From assembly GCA_050124795.1 (NCBI GenBank), contig JASFEO010000024.1, positions 1-11,434 of the forward strand: DNA of 11,434 nucleotides. The letters are read 5' to 3'. This document shows, one piece after another, positions 6,425-11,434 of the stretch (positions are counted from its first letter, which is position 1; every line of letters begins with the position of its first letter). The DNA comes from Candidatus Pacearchaeota archaeon (GTDB lineage: Archaea > Nanobdellota > Nanobdellia > Pacearchaeales > GW2011-AR1). The position numbers were made by a program, and so were the translations under genes. The notes under the pieces were generated by a model that saw only the letters and a program-made list of their open reading frames with translations, did no database searches and was not told where the DNA came from.

Positions 6425-6976
6425 TTATTCAACTTCTAAAAATCCCTTGACAATTGCCCATTTTATTTCAGGATGTTTTGTTTCTAAATCATTAACAAAT
6501 TTATTAATTTTATTTGCATCTTCTTTTTTTACTTTTGAAAATTTTAAATTTTTTAATTTTGCGTATAATAAAACTTCTTTGTCTAAAAATAAATATAATG
6601 GTTTTATATTTTTTTTATTAACTGATTTTACATTTTCTAAATTCTTAGATTTTCCTTTGATTAATTCATAAATTATTTTTTTACTTTCAATATCAGTGGT
6701 ATTTGACATGGCAATTTTTGTAACCTTCTTTTTTGTTGGCATTTTCATAATTTCTACATAACCTTTTTTTGAAATCATTTTTAGAATTTCTTTTAAAACA
6801 ACTTGTCTGTAATCCTCTTTATCTTCATAACCAATAACATCGCCATGTTTAATCATTTTAAACTTTCTAATTGTATAAAGAACTTTTTTTTCAAACCAAT
6901 GGATAAAACAAGTTTTGCAAACTCGCCGTTGATTAATAAATTCATAAACTGGTTTTGTTTTGCAGAGATTACACAT
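6425..6976 (-). CDS. Degenerate TtuA/Ncs6(Ctu1)/TtcA-like protein lacking the PP-loop
   Basis: N-terminal CxxC...CxxC-F...FEKKV..TIRKFKMI..GD, later KIAMSNTTD and IKPL...DKEVLLYA as in TtuA/Ncs6. No SGGxDS. Confidence 0.7.
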   Translation of the reverse strand: MCNLCKTKPVYEFINQRRVCKTCFIHWFEKKVLYTIRKFKMIKHGDVIGYEDKEDYRQVVLKEILKMISKKGYVEIMKMPTKKKVTKIAMSNTTDIESKKIIYELIKGKSKNLENVKSVNKKNIKPLYLFLDKEVLLYAKLKNLKFSKVKKEDANKINKFVNDLETKHPEIKWAIVKGFLEVE

Positions 6977-7007
6977 GAAAAATAATAAGTAAAATTAGAT
7001 TATAAAA

Positions 7008-7253
7008 TTATTGAATTACTCTTATCATAAAATTATGCTCCAGACAAAGATCTCCAATAGATTTTCTTAAAGAAATTTTTTCATTTCCAGGAACTTTTGA
7101 TAAGTTAATTTTTGCTACCGGAGCACGTTCATCATCATCCCAATTTAATTTAACATATTCCCTAAAACCTCTGGAAGATAATGCTAAATTCAATCCAATT
7201 TTTTTATAAAAATAATTTTTTCTTGTGACACTTCCCTGATATGCAAGTTCCAT
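7008..7253 (-). CDS. Hypothetical protein (about 81 aa; start re-called from GTG 7271 to ATG 7253)
   Basis: TTTAAAAA (7282-7275) lies 22-29 nt before ATG 7253, the same spacing as neighbouring genes. Confidence 0.6.
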   Translation of the reverse strand: MELAYQGSVTRKNYFYKKIGLNLALSSRGFREYVKLNWDDDERAPVAKINLSKVPGNEKISLRKSIGDLCLEHNFMIRVIQ

Positions 7254-7297
7254 ACCTCTTAAGAGTATCACCTATTTTTAAAGATTATTGCACTCGA

Positions 7298-8170
7298 TTA
7301 TAACTTATATTTCTCAAACTTCTCTCTATCCTTTAGTGTTCCTTTTTTTGAATAAGCTTTTATTAGTCTACTAATTTTTTCTTCAAGTTTTTTATTAATC
7401 TGCAAATGTGGATTAACTATTAATGCACTTGGTCCGATATAGTCTGGGATTATTTTTTCACCAACTTTTGAATTTTCTAAAATTTTGTTTTCTTTTTCAT
7501 TTCTTCCCAAAATTATCCAAGCTTTTTTAAATTTAAAATGCCTGCTAACATTTACTAATTTATAATTTTCTTCATTAATCAAATTATTTTTAATTAAAAA
7601 CTCAAACCTTTTTTCTAAATATTTTTCACATAATAAACATCCTCCTGCAGGATTTGGATATTTTATTTTATATTTTTTAGCTAATTCAATTTGTTTTTTT
7701 CTTTGTCTTCCTTTAATTCCTAATTCCATCAACGGGCGAAGTAATTTAAAACCGATTTTAGAATCAATTAATTTTATTGCACTTAGTGTCTGGCTCATTG
7801 GCCTTTGCCCCGGAACTTCGCCAGTTGCAATTACTTTTATCTTTTTTTTATCCGCATATTCTTTTGCTTTTTTGAACATGAAAATTTTGCAGTCGCGACA
7901 AGGGTTAAAACCTTTTCCCCTTCCATGTTTTCCCTTTTTCAAAACATTTAAGTATTCTTTAAAGAGTTCTCCTTTTGTGCAGTCAAAAATTTTAAACTTA
8001 ACTTCTGATACTCGAGTAAAATTAAAATTGCATCCAAAGTCACAGCAACCGCATCCAAACGGCAGATTAAAATGAAGCGCAATAACTTCATATCCTCGCT
8101 TTTGCATTAAGCACACAACTAGCCGACTGTCAAGTCCTCCTGAAAAGAGAACAATACATTTTTCTTTCAT
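7298..8170 (-). CDS. ThiI/MnmA-like PP-loop tRNA thiouridylase with DUF814/NFACT-R-like C-terminus
   Basis: SGGLDS PP-loop, NPCRDCK, ATGEVPGQRPMSQ, LLRPL, PAGGCLL and RHF...ILGRNEKEN. The exact substrate (s4U8 or s2U34) cannot be determined by eye. Confidence 0.85.
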   Translation of the reverse strand: MKEKCIVLFSGGLDSRLVVCLMQKRGYEVIALHFNLPFGCGCCDFGCNFNFTRVSEVKFKIFDCTKGELFKEYLNVLKKGKHGRGKGFNPCRDCKIFMFKKAKEYADKKKIKVIATGEVPGQRPMSQTLSAIKLIDSKIGFKLLRPLMELGIKGRQRKKQIELAKKYKIKYPNPAGGCLLCEKYLEKRFEFLIKNNLINEENYKLVNVSRHFKFKKAWIILGRNEKENKILENSKVGEKIIPDYIGPSALIVNPHLQINKKLEEKISRLIKAYSKKGTLKDREKFEKYKL

Positions 8171-8264
8171 AGAAAAATCAAAAGATAAAGAGTATAAAAA
8201 ATTATTTGTTATTAGGGAATTAAATTTGATAAATCTTTATAAAGCTGGATTAATTCGGAGTTTA

Positions 8265-8609
8265 ATGGCTATTGAAGAATTGTTTGAAGAATTGTTTGAA
8301 GAATTATACAATCTTAATTTGCAAAAAAATTTAAAGGATTCTACAAAAGAAGTTAGGGAGAATTATGATAAACTAAAAATGCATTTTAAGAATTTTCCTG
8401 AAATTCGGGGGGCACTTATTGAGATCGCCCCTTTTGTAGGGGATATTAACAAATACATTGAAACATATAATCTCCTTCAAAAAGAATTCCCAACAACTTT
8501 ATCTATCGAAGAAACTACTGGTTTAATACGATGTACAGCTAATTATATAAATACTAAATCAATTGAAACTTTTATAGAATTATTCTCTTACTTTAAAGAG
8601 AGAAAATAA
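8265..8609 (+). CDS. Hypothetical protein (about 114 aa; start re-called from TTG 8226 to ATG 8265)
   Basis: TTTATAAA (8236-8243) is 22-29 nt before ATG 8265, with GGAG at 8257-8260. Confidence 0.6.
   Translation: MAIEELFEELFEELYNLNLQKNLKDSTKEVRENYDKLKMHFKNFPEIRGALIEIAPFVGDINKYIETYNLLQKEFPTTLSIEETTGLIRCTANYINTKSIETFIELFSYFKERK
8272..8305 (+). repeat. In-frame 12-bp tandem repeat (about 2.8 copies) encoding EELF-EELF-EEL
   Basis: TTGAAGAATTGT twice, followed by TTGAAGAATT. Confidence 0.85.
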
Positions 8610-8610
8610 T

Positions 8611-9429
8611 CTATTTTGTTTTAATCTCTTTCTTTATATCAGTTTTAACTTCTTTTTTAACTACCCCATCTTTTTTCTTAAATTTTTCAAAAAAATTGTG
8701 AATACTAAAACCCACAACAAAAAATTTCATCACAATTCCACTTGCAAGAATGATAATTCCTAAAATAAAACTAATAATAAAAATATGATAACTTTGCGTA
8801 AACAAAAATGAGAAAAATTGCAAGATTGTTTTGTCTGCGAATAATCCTATGAAACTTTCCATTTTTAAAAACGGCAAAGATGCAATAATAAATTCTGCTC
8901 CGACAACAATTGGAAGATTTGTTTTGCCTTCGATTAAGAAAAACATCCCAACTAAAAGAACTAAAAGAACCGGGAGCATAAAATAAAATTTATTTTGAAA
9001 ATAATTTTTTGTGTTTTCTGAAATCAGGAAAAATGGCATACCATCATTTTCTTTAAAGCAATCTAAAAACTTGCAATTGTAGTCTTTATAATAAGTCTCC
9101 TCAACAAAATTATCTATTGCGTCTTCAACTATTAAATCAGGATTGCTTTTTACAGTCTCGCACGAAATTGCGAAAGTCACGCCGCCTTCATTAAAAACAT
9201 AATCAGAATTATTCTCGCAATAAAGTTCAATTAATGGCAAGGCAGCATTTATAGCTTCTTCTAAATTTATCTGGTCTTCAATAGTGCTTTTTACAACAGG
9301 GACTAATTCTCCTTTTAGGTTTTCATACTCAAGAGAACTTGAAATTGTATAAAGACTATTTGCAACTAATAAAGATACAAAAAACAAGACACTCAAAATA
9401 ACAAACAATCCGCCTCTTATAAATCCCAT
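8611..9429 (-). CDS. Hypothetical multi-pass membrane protein with Cys-containing extracellular loop
   Basis: N-terminal TM, an acidic loop with 4 Cys, about three further hydrophobic helices and a Lys-rich tail. Confidence 0.85.
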   Translation of the reverse strand: MGFIRGGLFVILSVLFFVSLLVANSLYTISSSLEYENLKGELVPVVKSTIEDQINLEEAINAALPLIELYCENNSDYVFNEGGVTFAISCETVKSNPDLIVEDAIDNFVEETYYKDYNCKFLDCFKENDGMPFFLISENTKNYFQNKFYFMLPVLLVLLVGMFFLIEGKTNLPIVVGAEFIIASLPFLKMESFIGLFADKTILQFFSFLFTQSYHIFIISFILGIIILASGIVMKFFVVGFSIHNFFEKFKKKDGVVKKEVKTDIKKEIKTK

Positions 9430-9493
9430 AAATTAAAAAAGAAAATCAGGTTTTTAAAATTAATTATTATTTAGAAAATTTGCGAAGCGTTTT

Positions 9494-10372
9494 TTACATC
9501 CCCTCAAGAGCATGAATTCTTTTTTCTATTGGCGGATGAGTGCTGCCTATTCCTTTAAACGGGTTTGAGAAAAATAAAGGTGCAACTGCCTTACTGACTT
9601 TTTTCTCAGGAGGAGAATGGTCTTTTTGAATTTTTTTTAATGCCCGAATAAGTCCATCTGGATAACGGGTAAATTTTACACTTGATGCATCAGCTGCAAA
9701 TTCTCTTTTTCTTGAAATTGCCATTTGAACAAAATAAACAACAATCGGCGCCAAGATTGCCATGACAATTCCTATAAGAATAAAAATTCCTTTGTCTCTG
9801 TCATTGCCGCTTCTAAACCATAAACTTCTTAAGAAAATTTGCGAGACAATTGAAATCACCCCAACCATGACAGCGACGAGAGTCATGTAACGAATATCAA
9901 AATTTGCAACATGCCCAAGTTCATGCGCCAGAACTCCTTCAAGTTCATTTTTATCCAACTTTTCTAGGCAGCCGGTTGTAACACAAACAACTGCGTGTTC
10001 AGGATCTCGCCCAGAAGCAAAAGCATTTATTTGTGTTGAAGGCATAATGAATAATTTTGGCATTGGAAGTCCTGAAGCCAAAGTCAATCCCTCGACAATA
10101 TCAAAAAATTGTTTATGCTCACTTCTTTTAGCCTTTTTAGCGCCAACACTTGCAATTGCGATTTTGTCAGAATTATAATAACTAATTAAGATATAACTTA
10201 GTGAGAAAATTATTGAAATAATCATTGTGAAAAAAAAGAAACCCGGGTCAAATGCAAAACTAATTACATAACCAAACAAAACTAAAATAATGAAAACTCC
10301 AATCATTAAAAAAATAGATTTATGTTTATTTCTATTGATCTGATCTCTAAAATCTATTCTTGAATTTGCCAT
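9494..10372 (-). CDS. htpX: Zinc metalloprotease HtpX (M48); probable start ATG 10372
   Basis: INAFASG, ELEGVLAHELGH (HExxH), ISRKREFAAD and STHPPIEKRI. ATG 10372 has a TATA-like box 22-29 nt upstream, unlike TTG 10390. Confidence 0.93.
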   Translation of the reverse strand: MANSRIDFRDQINRNKHKSIFLMIGVFIILVLFGYVISFAFDPGFFFFTMIISIIFSLSYILISYYNSDKIAIASVGAKKAKRSEHKQFFDIVEGLTLASGLPMPKLFIMPSTQINAFASGRDPEHAVVCVTTGCLEKLDKNELEGVLAHELGHVANFDIRYMTLVAVMVGVISIVSQIFLRSLWFRSGNDRDKGIFILIGIVMAILAPIVVYFVQMAISRKREFAADASSVKFTRYPDGLIRALKKIQKDHSPPEKKVSKAVAPLFFSNPFKGIGSTHPPIEKRIHALEGM

Positions 10373-10396
10373 GAAAGAATAAAACTTCAATAGTTT

Positions 10397-10666
10397 TTAA
10401 TCTTTGTCTTTTGGTTTTTCTTTATCACAGTCGCAATCTTCACAAGTGCCTTCTTCTCCTTGGGGATGCTGGCAAGGACCTTTTCGTTTTGGGTTTTTGC
10501 AAGTTTCCCCACAACCACAATTTTCAGACATAAAAGCAATTCTTTCTAAATTTCCATGCGCGCCTGCAGCAAGAGGAACTCCTGATGCATTATAGAAAGA
10601 CTCGCTGGCTTCTGAAAAATAGTCTTTAATTTTTGCAACTGTAGATATTACATATCCAGTTATCAT
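10397..10666 (-). CDS. Small protein with Cys-rich, metallothionein-like C-terminus
   Basis: 7 Cys and 1 His in CGCGETC...PCQH...CEDCDC. TTTAAATA (10696-10689) upstream. Confidence 0.7.
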   Translation of the reverse strand: MITGYVISTVAKIKDYFSEASESFYNASGVPLAAGAHGNLERIAFMSENCGCGETCKNPKRKGPCQHPQGEEGTCEDCDCDKEKPKDKD

Positions 10667-10706
10667 AAAATAATAATAGATTAAGAACTATTTAAAGATT
10701 TATATT

Positions 10707-11258
10707 CTAAAATTTAACCTTAACATTCTTTTTCTCAGCCTCTGTAATTTGCAAATATTCTTTTTTCTGTCTTCCATAAAGTTTTGCAAAAAACGCACCT
10801 GGCATTGTTGTGCATAAATTATTATATGACAAAATTGAGTCATTGTAAAATTGCCTTGCATAAGCAACTTTGTCTTCTGTTGCTGAAAGCTCTCTTTGAA
10901 GTTCCAAAAAGTTCGTATTTGCTTTTAAGTCTGGATAGTTTTCAGCTAATGCAAAAATTGTTTTTAGTGCAGATTCCAATTGCTTATCTGCTTTGACTTT
11001 TTTCTCTAAATTTTTTGCCCCAACTAAGGCTTTTCTTGCGTCAGTCACAGCCTTAATTGCTTCTTTTTCATGTTTTGCAAATCCCTTGACAGTTTCGATT
11101 AAATTCGGAATCAAATCTGCACGCCTTTTCAACTGAACATTAATTTGCGAAAGTGAATTATCAATTCTATTTGCGAGGACTGCAAATCCATTGAAATAAG
11201 TAAAAAAGATTATTCCTACAACAACTAAAACTCCAATTGTAATCCATAAAGCTAACAT
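10707..11258 (-). CDS. lemA: LemA family protein
   Basis: N-terminal TM, INVQLKRRADLIPNLIETVKG, AENYPDLKANTNFLELQREL and ARQFYND. Confidence 0.95.
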   Translation of the reverse strand: MLALWITIGVLVVVGIIFFTYFNGFAVLANRIDNSLSQINVQLKRRADLIPNLIETVKGFAKHEKEAIKAVTDARKALVGAKNLEKKVKADKQLESALKTIFALAENYPDLKANTNFLELQRELSATEDKVAYARQFYNDSILSYNNLCTTMPGAFFAKLYGRQKKEYLQITEAEKKNVKVKF

Positions 11259-11308
11259 AAAAAATAAAGGGATGAATAGTTTATAAGTTTAACTAAATCA
11301 CTTATCCA

Positions 11309-11434
11309 TGTGCTCCCACCTGACATATGTCGTAGGCTAAAATAACAAACTAAAATCATTATAAACTTCATCAGGAGTTTTTCTTTTTAGGCTCGTGTGA
11401 GGTCGAAAATGATTGTATCTCATTCTCCAAGATT
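11309..11434 (-). mobile_element. Right end of an IS481/IS3-type insertion sequence (truncated by window)
   Basis: The transposase C-terminus is followed 28 nt later by ...GGTGGGAGCACA (TGT at 11309 on +), matching the 5'-TGT termini typical of IS481. The boundary is inferred. Confidence 0.6.
11337..11432 (-). CDS. C-terminal fragment of rve/DDE transposase (partial)
   Basis: Manual translation gives SWRMRYNHFRPHTSLKRKTPDEVYNDFSLLF*, containing the YNxxRPHxSLxxxTP motif of IS3/IS481 integrase cores. Confidence 0.85.
   Translation of the reverse strand, partial: SWRMRYNHFRPHTSLKRKTPDEVYNDFSLLF

Noticed and set aside
6447-8075. Plus-strand ORFs 6447-6671, 6803-6985 and 7872-8075
   Set aside because: Antisense to motif-bearing genes, with Phe/Leu-rich mirror composition.
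10404-10996. Plus-strand ORFs 10404-10595 and 10784-10996
   Set aside because: Antisense to the Cys-rich ORF and lemA, which have better promoter and motif support.

Overview
AT-rich archaeal DNA, probably from a DPANN lineage such as Pacearchaeota or Woesearchaeota. This is inferred from an archaeal-type TrpRS, a TrmB regulator and TATA boxes about 22-29 nt before most start codons. Positions 1-1474 hold the end of an array of three roughly 110-125 bp structured, attC-like inverted-repeat elements (TAAC...GTTA ends, covarying stems, bottom-strand GNA triloops). They delimit one ORF-less unit and one unit carrying an antisense 283-aa orphan gene that has its own bipartite inverted repeats. 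No integrase is in the window. The rest encodes a small membrane protein plus trpS, a TrmB/orphan pair bracketed by 26-bp direct repeats, a membrane receptor with a degenerate class III cyclase-like domain, a PP-loop-less TtuA/Ncs6-like protein, a ThiI/MnmA-like thiouridylase, a membrane protein, htpX, a Cys-rich orphan, lemA and the 3' end of an IS481/IS3-type transposase. All protein assignments come from motif recognition by eye, not database searches.
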